NCBI GenBank assembly: GCA_951406725.2
Contig: OX597815.1
Location: 39,680,001 to 39,744,000 of the forward strand
DNA length: 64,000 bases
Source of the DNA: Octopus vulgaris
Taxonomy: Eukaryota
Reading direction: 5' to 3'
The notes beneath the pieces were generated by a model. It made no database searches, had not been told where the DNA came from, and saw only the letters and a program-made list of their open reading frames with translations. The position numbers were made by a program, and so were the translations under genes. Positions 13,690 to 25,836 of the stretch are shown here, piece by piece (within the stretch, counting starts at the first letter, position 1; the number at the start of each line of letters is the position of its first letter).

Positions 13690-15395
13690 AGGGAACAAGG
13701 CTACTGGAGTTCTGTGATGCAAATACCCTATTGATCTGCAACACCAACTTCATGAAGCCAACCACCTATCAATAACCTGATAACCTACAGGTGACTGTGC
13801 TAGCCAGATTGATTACAATCTCACCAGAGAGCTGGATGCATGGTTGCTCTTAAATACCCTCAGCATCGACTAGTCATTAGTGACTTTAGACTCCAGACCA
13901 GAAGGATGCCAAGAAGTAGACCAATCTGGAAAAGGATTTGGAAGCTTAAGGACCCTTCAGATGATCAGAGATTTAGGGACATCCTAATTGAGAAATTTGA
14001 TGTGAGGGAGGAGGTGCTACAGACTTGTGACATAGAAGACAACTGGGAATTCCTGTGAGACAGCTAGCTGAGTGCCACAGGCCACGTCTGCAGCTGGTGC
14101 AAAATCCCATCCTAGGGTGACCTGGAAGTGGAAAAATGCTGTAGACAGGGCAATTAGAGCAAAGAAACCGACCTGGAAGAATGGGAGTAGTAGGGAACTG
14201 TATCATATAGTCAGAAGGGAAGCTAGGAGAAAGGTATATCTAGCCAGGGAAAAAACTGAAAATAAAAAAAGTTTGTGAGGTCCGAAAACTTCAGATTGCA
14301 AGACAGCATGTGAGAGAAAATTGTGATATCATAGAGAAATGTGTCCACATGAATGATGACGACTTGCATTTAATGATTCTGCAAAGCAAAAGGCTTGGAA
14401 ATGCTATTATGAAAGACTGTTGGATGTGGATAATGAATGAGAATAGGAGAATCTGCCAAATGTTGACCTAGTTGAGGGACCAGCTATCTGAATCGACAGT
14501 ACCTTGGTAGATAAAGCAATTAAGGATATGAAGACAGGGAAATCCCCTGGCTCATCACAAATCACTGCTGAGATGCTGAAAATATCTGGCAGTGTAGGTT
14601 ATGGTCTAGTCACCCATATTGTAAATCAGGTGGTTCACAAAGGAGTCATATCCAGTGACTAGTATAGCAGTACCATAGTTAACTGCTACAAAGATAAAGG
14701 TGATGCCTTAAATAGAAATAATTACAGTGGTATCAAATTGTTGGATCAAATGAAGAAAGTTATGGAGAGGGTTATAGCCCAACTAATTAGGGAGGGAGTT
14801 AGTCTAGATGTGATGCAGTTTGGTTTTGTGACAGGGAGAAGCACCACTGGTGATATATTTCTGGTAAGGCAGCTGTAGGAGAAAGATAGCCAAAGATAAA
14901 CCTTTGTACTCAGCTTTTGTTGACTTTGTGAAAGCCTTTGACAGGGTGCTGGTATGGGCATGTGATGCGTATGGATGAGGACAATTGTGTAAAGAAGTAC
15001 TGATCTCTAACTATAGAGGGAACTTGTGGTAGAGGTAGACCCAGGGAGATATGAGACGGGGTTGTGAAGCATTATCTTCAAACTTTGAGCCTCACAGAGG
15101 CAATGACTAGTGACTGAGACCTTTGGCGGTATGCTGTGCTAAAGAAGACTCTCGAAGTCACGTGAAATTGTCATCATGGCTGATGCTGGTGTCACATAAC
15201 TGGCACCTGTGCCAGTGGTACATACAAAGCACCCTTAGAGTGTTGGGCCTCATGGAAGCAATCACAATCTGTAAAGTTGTTGGTGTTAGGAAGGGCATCG
15301 AGCCATAGAAACCATACCAAATCAGACTGGAGCCTGATGCAGCTCTCCAGCTTGCCAACATGGACAATGGACATTAAATACTGATGATAATGATG
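13690..15395 (+). mobile_element. RTE LINE relic (EN end to RT), internally deleted at ~14948
   Basis: PQHRLVISDFR, AIKDMKTGKSPG, NYSGIKLLDQ, MQFGFVTGRSTT; KAFDRV is joined directly to WYGHV and the 3' UTR. Confidence 0.85.
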
Positions 15396-15564
15396 ATACT
15401 GATACATATATATATTGCCTTTCATCCTTCCGGGGTCGATAAATTAAGTACCAGTTATGCACTGGGATCGATGTAATCGACTTAATACTTATGTCTGTCC
15501 TTGTTTGTCCCCTCTGTGTTTAGCCCCTTGTGGGTAATAAAGAAAAAATATATATATATATCAT

Positions 15565-18245
15565 TATCATCATCATCATGGTCGTCGTTTAACATCCGTT
15601 TTCCATGCTAGCATGGGTTGGACGGTTTGACTGGGGTCTGGGAAGCCAGGAGGCTGCACTAGGCTCCAGTCTGATCTGGCAGTGTTTCTACTTCTGGATG
15701 CCCTTCTTAACATCAACCACTCCAAGAGTATAGTCAGTGCTTTTTACGTGCCACCAGCACAGAAGACAGTTGAGGTGGAGCTGGCATCAGCCACATTTGG
15801 ATGGTGCTTTTTATGGGCCACCGGCACAGGGATCACAACTACAATTTCCATTTGATTTTGATGTACTTGACTCAACAGGTCTCCTCAAGCACGGCATGTT
15901 GCCCTATGATCCAAGGTACTTTTGAGTGGGCTGGTTATGCGACACTGGTGCAAGTTACAGCTGTGAACTCACTTTATTTGCCAGGTCTTCTTAGTCATAG
16001 CATATCTGCAGAGGTCTCAGTCTTTTGACATTGCCTCTGTGAGGCCCAACATTCGAAGGTCATGCTTCACCACCTCATCTCATGTTTTCCTGGATCTCCC
16101 TCTACCCCAGATTCTTTCCACTGCTTGGGAGTGGCACTTCTAACAGTGCCACTCCCAAACAGCTCTCCTCATCCATCTGTAGTACATGACCACACCAACA
16201 CAAACGTCTCACTTGCATGCTATATCCGATTCTTCTTATGTCCAACATTTTTCTCAGGGTTCTTACACTCTGTCGGATGTGTACACTGACATTACACATC
16301 CAGAGGATCATGCTAGCTTCATTTCTTATTTCTTTATTGCCCTCAAGGGGCTAAACATAGAGGGGACAAACAAGGACAGACAAACGGATTAAGTCGATTA
16401 CATCGACCCCAGTGCGTAACTGATACTTAATTTGTCAACCTCGAAAGGATGAAAGGCAAAGTCGACCTCGGCAGAATTTGAACTCAGAAGGTAATGGCAG
16501 ACAAAATACCTATTTCTTTATTACCCACAAGGGGCTAAACATAGAGGGGACAAACAAGGACAGACATAGGTATTAAGACGATTACATTGACCCCAGTGCG
16601 TAACTGGGACTTAATTTATCGACCCCGAAAGGATGAAAGGTAAAGTCGACCTCGGCGGAATTTGTAATCACAACGTAACGGCAGACGAAATACCGCTAAG
16701 CATTTTGCCCAATGTGCTAGCGTTTCTGCCAGCTTTCTAGCTTCATTTCTTTCGAGCCTACACATATCTTCAGCAGTCACAACCCATGCTTCACTGCTGT
16801 GAAGCATGGCAGTTCACACCCATGCATTGTACAATTTACCTTTCACTCTGAGTGAGAGGCCCTTTCTCACCAGTAGGAGTAGAAACTTTCTGAACTTTGC
16901 CCAGGCTATTCTTATTCTAGTGGTAACACTCTCTGAGCATCCTCTCCCACTACAGACTTGGTCACATAGGTAGTGGAAGCTATCAACTACTTCTAGTTTC
17001 TCCCACTGGCATGTAATGGAATGTGTTTTCTGAGCATCTGTAGTGTTTATTGCCCCTGTGCATCTGCCGCACATGAAAGCTATCTTCCTGGTTAATCTTC
17101 CTTTGATATTGCTGCACCTCTTGTGTCCATAGCTTACACTAGGTACATCTTACGGAGTTTCTACCTACAACTTTTCTACAGATCAAGCAGGGCCACCTAC
17201 CTAAAGGGGTTTGTGATGTGTTCGCCTTCCTACTTACTAGAACTTTGGTCTTTGCAACATTGACTCTAAGGCCTTTGATTCTAAACCTTGCTTCCACACC
17301 TGAAATTTCTTCTCTAGTTCTGGTAGTGATTCTGCTATGAGGGCCAGGTCATCAGCATAGAGGAGCTCCCAGGAACAACCTGTCTTGAATTCCTCTGTTA
17401 TTGCCTGGAGGACTATGATGAATAAGAGGGGGCTGAAGACTGATCCTTGGTGGATCTTCTACCTGGAATTCTTCACTGTACTCATTGCCAACCCTAACCT
17501 TAGTAAGGGTGTCTCTGTATAGGGCCTGTAGAGCCCTTATTAACCATTCATCAATCCCCAGTTTCCACATCTCCCACCAGATACGGGATCGGGGGGGGGC
17601 CCTTTCAAAGGCTTTCTCCAAGTCCACAAAAGCCAAGTATAGGGGTTTATCTTTGGCTAGGTATTTCTCCTGTGGTTGCCCTACCAGGAATATAGCATCT
17701 ACCTGGGACAAAAACGAACTGCATCTCATCTAAACAGACTCTCTCCCTAATTAGTTGGGCTTATGACCCTCTCCATGACCTTCATCACTTGATCAAGCAG
17801 TTTGATACCCTTGTAGCAGTTGACTATGGTGCTGCTCCTCCAGTCATTGAGTATGATTCCATCATGAACTACCTGGTTTACAATATGGGGGACTAGGCCA
17901 CAGCCCACACCACCAGATGTTTTAAGCATCTCAGCAGTGATTTCTGATGGGCCGGGAGCTTTTCCTGGCTTCATACCCTTAATTGCTTTATCTACCAAGG
18001 TGCTGTCTATTCGGATAGCTGGTCTCTCTACTGGGTTAACATTTGGCAGGCTCTCCTCCTCCCATTCATTCTCCACATTCAGCAGTCTCTCATAATGGCT
18101 TCTCCAAGCCTCTTTCTTTTCTGAATCATTAAAAGCAAATACACCATCATCCATGCGGACACATTTCTGTCCTGTGGCATCACAATTTTCTCTCACACAC
18201 TGTCTTGCAATCTGAAATACTTCAGTTTTTTGGTCCTCATGTTGC
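15565..18245 (-). mobile_element. RTE LINE, RT plus PHD-like finger plus 3' UTR; decayed and interrupted by a SINE
   Basis: MKPGKAPGPSEITAEML, LAFVDLEKAFER, ELLYADDLAL (~17340-17372), KTKV, FHYL, RIAWAKF, LHSSEAW, WCGHV, then the shared 3' tail. Confidence 0.9.
16328..16736 (-). mobile_element. Dimeric tRNA-derived SINE (Nin/Deu-like core) with 15-bp TSD
   Basis: TSD ctagcttcatttctt at 16313-16327 and 16737-16751. Two tandem copies of gcc/acctttcatcctttcg..gtcgataaattaagt. The core-domain name is from memory. Confidence 0.85.
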
Positions 18246-18366
18246 TGAACAAGACAAGGCATAAATAATGGTCAATACATATTTCTTTATTGTAGTAAAA
18301 CAAGTACATATACACATATATATTTATATCTTATACATGCACACACACACACACGCGCATGTATAC

Positions 18367-18808
18367 ATGGTTGTGTGGTTAAGAAGATCATTTCCTAGCC
18401 ATGTAGTTTCATGTTCAATTCCACTGTGTGTCACCTTGAGTAAGTGTCTTCTACTATAGCTTCAGGGCCAACAACAAAGCCTCGTGAATGGATTTGGTAG
18501 AAGGAAACTGAACGAAGATTGCCATATACAATGTATGAAATGATACATATATATGTGTATGTATGTGTGTTGGTCTGTTTGTATCTCTTTGTCTTGCATT
18601 GTGTGGTAATTGTAAATGAGCCTCACTGTCATATGAGCAGTGGCTTTCATTTCCCATCTTCCATGAAGAATGCCCAGCCACGGGGAAATTTTACCTTGCT
18701 TGGAAAAAAGTAATGGTTGACAACAGGAATGACATTTGACTACAGAAAATCTGGTTCATTGAATTCTGTCCAATCAATGCAGTCATGGAACAGTGAACAT
18801 TAAATCAA
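18367..18808 (+). mobile_element. tRNA-derived SINE with RTE-like (GAT)n tail
   Basis: Head tggttgtgtggttaagaag...caccttgagtaagtgtcttctactatagc; related copies at 37456-37908 and 50325-50712. Confidence 0.7.
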
Positions 18809-19179
18809 TGATGATGATGATGATGATATCTTCTCATGCACAGCAATATACCATGCTTGAAAGGACTCCTCAAGTCAAGTGGAATTGTAATCGTGGCTGA
18901 TGCCAGTATCATATAACTGACGCCCATGCCAGTGACACATAAAAGCAACCATTACACACTTTGACTGGCTGGCATTAGGAAGGGCATCCAGCTGTAGAAA
19001 CTAAACTGTCAAGGTTTTTTTGAAAAATGATGAGCATTGGGACCTTGCATTGATTGAAGTATCACTATCAAATTCTCCAAGGAAACTTCGTAACTTTTTT
19101 GCAATTTTACTGAACATGTGTCAACTTGGCAGTCCCATACTGCTTTGGATGAAACATCATTAGGACATGGTTGAAGACT

Positions 19180-20532
19180 TAAAGTATTCTATAAGATGTA
19201 CCCAGTGTAAGCTATGGACACATGAGAGGTGCAGCAATATCAAAGGAAGACTAACTGGGAAGATAGTTTTTGTATGTGGCAGATGCTCAGGAACAATAAA
19301 CACTGAAAATGTGCAGAGAACAACTTCCGCCACATTCCAGGAAGAAAAACTAGAAGTAGTTGATAGCTTCCATTACCTAGGTGACCAAGTTAGTAGCTGG
19401 GGAGGGTGCGCTAAAAGTGTAGCTGCTAGAATAAGAATAGCCAGGGGAAAGTTCAGAGAGCGCTTACCTCGGCTGGTGACAAAGGGCCTCTCACTCAGAG
19501 TAAAAGGTAAACTGTATGACGCATGTGTACAAACAGCCATACTGCATGGCCATGAAACATTGGCCGTGACTGCTGAGGACATGCGTAATCTTGCAAGAAA
19601 TGAAGCCAGTATGCTCCGATGGATGTGTAATCTCAGTGTCTATACTCAACAGAGTGTAAGTATCTTGAGAGAAAATATGGACCTAAGAAGCATCAGATGT
19701 GGTGTGCAAGAGAGACGACTGCACTGGGAAGGTCATGTGGAGAGAATGGATGAGGATAGCAGTGTGGAAAAGTTCCACACCCTAACAGTTGAGGGAACCT
19801 GTGGAAGAGGTAGACCCAGGAAGACCTGGGATGAGGTGGTGAAGCACGACCTTCGAACATTAGGCCTCACCAAGGCAATGACTAGTGATCAAGACCTTGG
19901 GAAATATGCTGTGCTTGAAGACCCGGCAAGCCAAGTGAGACCATAACTTCGTGGCCTATGCCAGGAGTGTAACCAGCCCACTTATGCATACCTTTTCTAC
20001 ATTGGACACTAAACTCTGCTTGTGAAGACCTGTTGCGGTAAGTGAAATCAAAATCAAATTCGATGACTGACATCCGTGCTAGTGGAGCCCTAAGAGCACC
20101 ATCCGAGCATAATCGTTGCCAGAGCAGCTGACTGGCTTCTGTACTGGTGGCATGTAAAAAGCACCATTCAAGCGTGAGCATTACCAGCGTCACCTTAACG
20201 GCACTTGTGCTGGTGTCACATGAAAAAACATTCGATCAAGGTCGTTGCCAATGCTGCTGAACTGGCTCCTGTGCAGGTGGCACGTAAAATACACCATTTG
20301 AGTGTGACAGTTGCCAGTACCACCTGATTGGTCCTCATGCCGGTGGCACATAAAAGTACCCACTACAAACTCGGAGTGGTTGGCATTAGGAAGGGCATCA
20401 AGCTGTAGAAACTCTGTCAGATCAGATTGGAGTCTGGTACAGCCATCTGGTTCACCAGTCCTCAGTCAAATCGTCCAACCCATGCCAGCATGGAAAGTGG
20501 ACATTAAACGAACGATGACAATGATGATGATG
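19180..20532 (+). mobile_element. RTE LINE 3' fragment with an open 259-aa frame (PHD C-terminal half, thumb, C-terminus) and a five-unit 3' UTR array
   Basis: ORF 19167-19946: CTQCKLWTHERC...CGRC...FHYLG...RLHWEGHVERM...GRGRPRKTW; ends in a (gat)n tail. Confidence 0.9.
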
Positions 20533-20746
20533 TATGAGTATTTTGTAGCTGTTAAGAACATTAAGTATGTGTAGATTCCCTATTGTGACAGAAGGGTGGT
20601 GTAGTATATGTACATGTTGATGCAGGCTTGTGTGTGTGTTTGTGTACATTTGTTTGAATTGTGTGTGTTGTATAAATATGTTGCTTTAATGAGTATGTGA
20701 AGTGATTAGGATTGGAATGGTGCGGGTGCATACACACACTTACTTT

Positions 20747-20777
<31 letters not shown>

Positions 20778-21013
20778 CTATCTAACTATATCTAACTATC
20801 TCTCTTTCTCTCCTCTGTCTCTCTGTCTCACACACATGCACACACCTGAAGGAGCCACTTCTATCATCACACTTTACCTACTCTTGTCTTTGTCCACCTC
20901 TCTAATTGCTCATCATTCCCCTTCTATCTCCATTCAAATAACTGATTTTGCCATCTTACTCTTGCTCCTTACCATTCTAGCATTTCTATTGTTAACATTC
21001 TCTGCTCACCCAA

Positions 21014-21094
<81 letters not shown>

Positions 21095-21825
21095 CTATTC
21101 CCTTCCTTGGTTACATTACCTGAGCAAAAGTATCCAGTTTTAATATACTGGATACTCTCTACACTGATAATGTATAAAGCACCACTGCGTTTGCTGATAC
21201 CATGACAAATAGCTTCCCTGGCAACTTCTCTAGAGTGGTTGCTAAGCATGCAGAGGAAAAGTAAAGATGTGAGATTCTTTTACTTTTGTTTCACCAAAGA
21301 TGTGACATCTCTAGTGCCACAAGAAAATGCACCCAGTGACTTCTGAAAAGTGGTTGATAACAGAAAGAACATCCAGTCATAGAAATTAATCCAAAATGAT
21401 ACACAAAGTAGCACCAGTCTATAAGAGCAGTGGATACCAATAAGAACTGGTTCAATCCCTGACAGTCCATCAAATTTATACCAGCATGGGAAGCAGATGT
21501 AAAATGATGATGATGGTGGTGATGATGATATGTGTATTTTAGCATAAATGTATGTGAATGTTGATCTTCCACTCTTGTCACTGCTTGAGTGGAAAGGTGA
21601 TGATGTTAACATCCCTTGCTAACATTATGACTGGTCACTTTGCACATTTCGAGACCTCTGGAATTAAAAAAAGTCCTAATTCGAAAATCAGGTGAGGGCT
21701 GGCCACATGAAGAGCTATCTGTAAAATCCTGTCTTGAATAATTCTGTCCAACCCATGTTGGCACTGAAAAATGAATGTTTAACAAATGAATGACATATAA
21801 ATGAACTTCAACTGTCCATTTATAT

Positions 21826-22175
21826 ATGTGGTTCCCAACCAGGGTCCATATGGCCCCTGAGGGTCAATATAAGACTTCTGGGTGTCCACACAACAAAATA
21901 GTAAATTTAGGATCCACAATAGTATTTTAAGGACCCCTTAAAAAGTTTTTGTTTCTGATGTCTATATTGGTATGCATTGCAAGAAACAGCTAAGTTTCTT
22001 TGTCTAACATTTTACATAGTTCAACTTACACAAGATAATGGGTGAAAAATAAAATAAGAATTTTGAAAGAAGTGTCTTTAAAACTAATTTTTAAACATCA
22101 AATGGCTATGTAGGGATCACCAAAATAAAATAGTAATCAAAGGGGTCCATAGATTAAAAAGTGGTTGAGAACTGC
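21826..22175. mobile_element. hAT (Charlie-like) MITE, followed by an inverted partial copy at 22181-22275
   Basis: Termini gtggttcccaacc...ggttgagaactgct; related to 51008-51258. Confidence 0.7.
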
Positions 22176-22282
22176 TTACATCAGTGGTTCTCAACCATTT
22201 TTTGCCTGTGGACCCTTTTGATTCCTGTTTGACTCTACTGGACTCCAGTAGCCATTTGAAGTTTTAAAAAAATCCCATTATG

Positions 22283-22702
22283 GTATAATATCTGTCAAGC
22301 TTTTTCATCTTGTCTATTGGTATCAAAGAAAGCTGTCAATTTTGTTGTCGCTGGTCCTTTTTGCACTGCCTAGTTCACAGAATCATTGTCAAATAGTACC
22401 AACTGTTTGCCAGGCAAATGACAGGGAAGCTTCTCAACTCTAGGTGTATAAAGAATCCATACAACTTCCAAAATGCCTCGCTTGCAGAGATGTATCAAGC
22501 ATTCATGAAGTTTTCAATTTCATTAATGACTATGACGTGCTAACCGCCATCAGTAGTAAAGATGAGTCTATCTTATCCTTTCATTATGTATTTGTATAAA
22601 TACTTAACTGCCTGGACGGAGTGCATGACTTCTACATTGATGTGAGCATTGTATTTCAATGTCAAGATAGGGATTATGTGGTACTATCCACGAATTATCA
22701 AC
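22283..22702 (-). pseudogene. Helitron RepHel fragment (Rep C-terminal region)
   Basis: VDNSWIVPHNPY/LTLKYNAHINVEVMHSVQAVKYLYKYIMKG*DR...NEIENFMNA*YISASEAFWKLYGF...VEKLPCHLPGKQ...TKLTAFFDTN, the classic Helitron motifs; frameshifts and stops present. Confidence 0.9.
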
Positions 22703-23225
22703 CTGAAAATGAAATGAAGTTCTTAAGTAGATTCAACATATAAGTTGATTTCCTATCGTCATGTTATTGGTATTCACATACAGGTAGTGACAAAATCTGT
22801 GACAAATAATGATACTCACCACAAAATCTATCTGATCACCCTGACGTGTGAGCAGCTTCATAAGCCCCGCAATACTGAATACAAGATAAGTCTACATTAA
22901 TTCACATATTTGTTTTCTTGTGATTTACCTTGCACTTACTTTGCATTGTTTTGGCCTTTATCACGATCCTTTGTACAATATATTCTACACAATGCTTCAT
23001 AGAAATTTTTCCGTTATAACTTATATATATGTATATAGATATATGTGTATGTATATATATATATATATATATATAGGGAGAATTCACAAAAAAACAAAAG
23101 ACGAAGACAGGTAGTGTAGACAACAAACAGATGTATTAGTATAATGCTCGGGAAATGAAAAAGTCTTTAACATTTCGTGCCTACACTCTTCCACAGAAAG
23201 GAACACAGAAAGAAACAAGGAGAGA

Positions 23226-23274
<49 letters not shown>

Positions 23275-23667
23275 TAGATAGATAGATAGGTAGATAGATA
23301 TATAGATATATATGTGTGTGTATACATATACCTATAAATGTATACATATACATATATATACATATACATATATATGTATATACATATACCTATATATATA
23401 TGTATACATACATATATTAGAAGAAATGAGGTACTCAGAAATCTGGATGGTTTTATATTTACAGATATTTATTAGTATGTTACATGTTTTTATAAATCAT
23501 ATATCATATATTTGCGCTTTCGTCCACTCTAGTGGAGTTTTCAAATTGAACTTTTGCAGGAATTTTGACTCTTTTTATAGTACTACTGAGTGTGCATGGC
23601 ACCTTGGGCAAGTGTCTTCTACTATAGCCTCGGGCCGACCAAAGCCTTTTGTATAAATATATATATA

Positions 23668-24600
23668 TCATCATCATCATCATCATCGTCATCGTTTAAC
23701 ATCCGCTTTCCATGCTAACATGGGTTGGACGGTTCGACCGGGGTCTGGGAAGCTAGGAGGCTCCACCAGGCCCAGTCTGATCTGGCAGTGTTTCTACAGC
23801 TGGATGCCCTTCCTAACACCAACCACTCCGTGAGTGTAGTAGGTGTTTTTTACGTGCAGGGCGCGGCTGGCAACTTCCACAATCGGTTGGTGCTCTTTAC
23901 GTGCCACTGGCATGGAGGCCAGTCAAGGCAGTGCTGGCAACGGCCACGTTTGGATGGTTCTTTTACGTGCCACCAGCACTAGTATCACAACTACAGTTTC
24001 CATTGATTTTTGATCGATTTCGATTTCACTTGCCTCAACAGGTCTTTGCAAGCAGAGTTTTGTGTCCCAAGAAGGAAAGGTATGCATAAGTGGACTGGCT
24101 ACATCCCAGGTAAAGACCACGGGTTATGGTCTCACTTGTCCTGCCGGGGTCTTCTCATGCACAGTATATTTCCAAAGGTCTCGGTAATTAGTCATTGCCT
24201 TGGTGAGACCTAAAGTTCGAAGGTCGAGCTTCACAACCTCGTCCCAGGTTTTCCTGGGTCTACCTCTTCCACAGGTTCCCTCAACCGCTAGGGTGTGGTA
24301 CTTTTTCACACAGCTATCTTCATCCATTCTCGCCACATAACCATATCAGCACAATCGTCTCTCTTGCACACTACATCTGATGCTTCTTAGGTCCAACTTT
24401 TCTCTCAAGGTACTTACACACTGATATTACACATCCATCGGAGCATACTGGCTTCATTTCTTGCGAGCTTACGCATATCCTCAGTAGTCACAGCCCATGT
24501 TTCACTGCCATGTAGTTTCTGCATTGACCACTAGATAAGGGATCAGGGACCCTATCAAAGGCTTTCTCCAAGTCAACAAAAGCCAAGTACAAAGGTTTAT
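23668..24600 (-). mobile_element. RTE LINE 3' fragment with internal deletion
   Basis: LAFVDLEKAFDRV...WSMQKL joined directly to HGSETW...GRGRPRKTW, then 3' UTR and (gat)n tail. Confidence 0.85.
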
Positions 24601-24778
24601 ATATATATAGGTGAGAAAGTTGGTGTGTGAAAGCACTTGGTTGAATATATAGAAAATAGTAAAACTATGTCATTGTATGAAAAAAATTTATAACATTCTT
24701 CAGACATAATGATTCAAATATATATTTTTTAACCTTTTAAAACAAGCCTTCTGTAGTATTTTCACTTTTTACTATTTT

Positions 24779-24815
<37 letters not shown>

Positions 24816-24929
24816 TATGCTGGTGCAAACAAGAGAAACATAACTCAAAATATGAGTATATATATATATATTTATATTAATATTTAGAAGTAACAAATAT
24901 ATTCTGTTATCTCTGCAAAATATTAATAT

Positions 24930-24992
<63 letters not shown>

Positions 24993-25198
24993 TATTATAT
25001 ATTATATATATGAATATCTATTTTTATATATATATTATACACACACACACACACACACATATATATATGTAGATATTGAATATTGAATATATATCTATAT
25101 ATATATGCTTATATATATACATATATATGTGTGTATGTATATATATATATATGTGTGTGTGTGTATTATATATATGCATATATACATACATACATATA

Positions 25199-25395
25199 TA
25201 CAGGTTGCAGTGAATAAACTGTCATCCAAATTATGCGAAAATGAAAATAACACTGACATCTCCATCTCATTTTGACAGATTTATTTACCAAAATTACATA
25301 AAATTGTCTTGAAATACTAAAGAGTAAATCTATTTGATAAAGTTGCCATTAGCTTCAAACATGGCCTCCAGACGACTTTGGAATCACTTGCAACT
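25199..25395 (-). mobile_element. 3' terminus of a maT/Tc1-like transposon
   Basis: Minus strand CK*FQSRLEAMFEANGNFIK* followed by a terminal sequence that also occurs at 12487-12555. Confidence 0.65.
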
Positions 25396-25400
25396 CTTCT

Positions 25401-25455
<55 letters not shown>

Positions 25456-25462
<7 letters not shown>

Positions 25463-25620
25463 ATATAAGAATTTTTTGCAAAATAAGATACGAAACCAAG
25501 GCTGTGTAGATATTAGAGCATTTATAGATAGGTCTTACAGACCTTCTATCTATAAATGCTCTAATATCTATACAGCCTTGGTTTTTATCTTATTACGCAA
25601 AAAATTCTTATATACACACA
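25456..25620. repeat. Near-perfect palindrome, ~75-80-bp arms
   Basis: tataagaattttttgc...tagatattagagcatttatagatag mirrored by ctatctataaatgctctaatatcta...gcaaaaaattcttata; centre aggtct-tac-agacct. Confidence 0.9.
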
Positions 25621-25836
25621 CTGACAGAACCATCGTTGAACCCATTATTCGCAAAATTACCAAATCAGGAACTTAACTATGGTCTGTCTCTAGCACTTAT
25701 TCAGCATTACCTGACACCTTTGGGTCTGAATGACACCATTATCTCTTATAAATGTATATATATATATCATATATATATGTGTGTGTTTATATATATATGT
25801 ATGTGTGTTCTTTATATATATATGTGTGTGTGTGTG

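Noticed and set aside
20075-20365. CRISPR-like repeat/spacer appearance (also 4737-4950)
   Set aside because: The 'spacers' are homologous to each other, the repeats are degenerate, the array is part of an RTE 3' UTR in eukaryotic DNA, and there are no cas genes.
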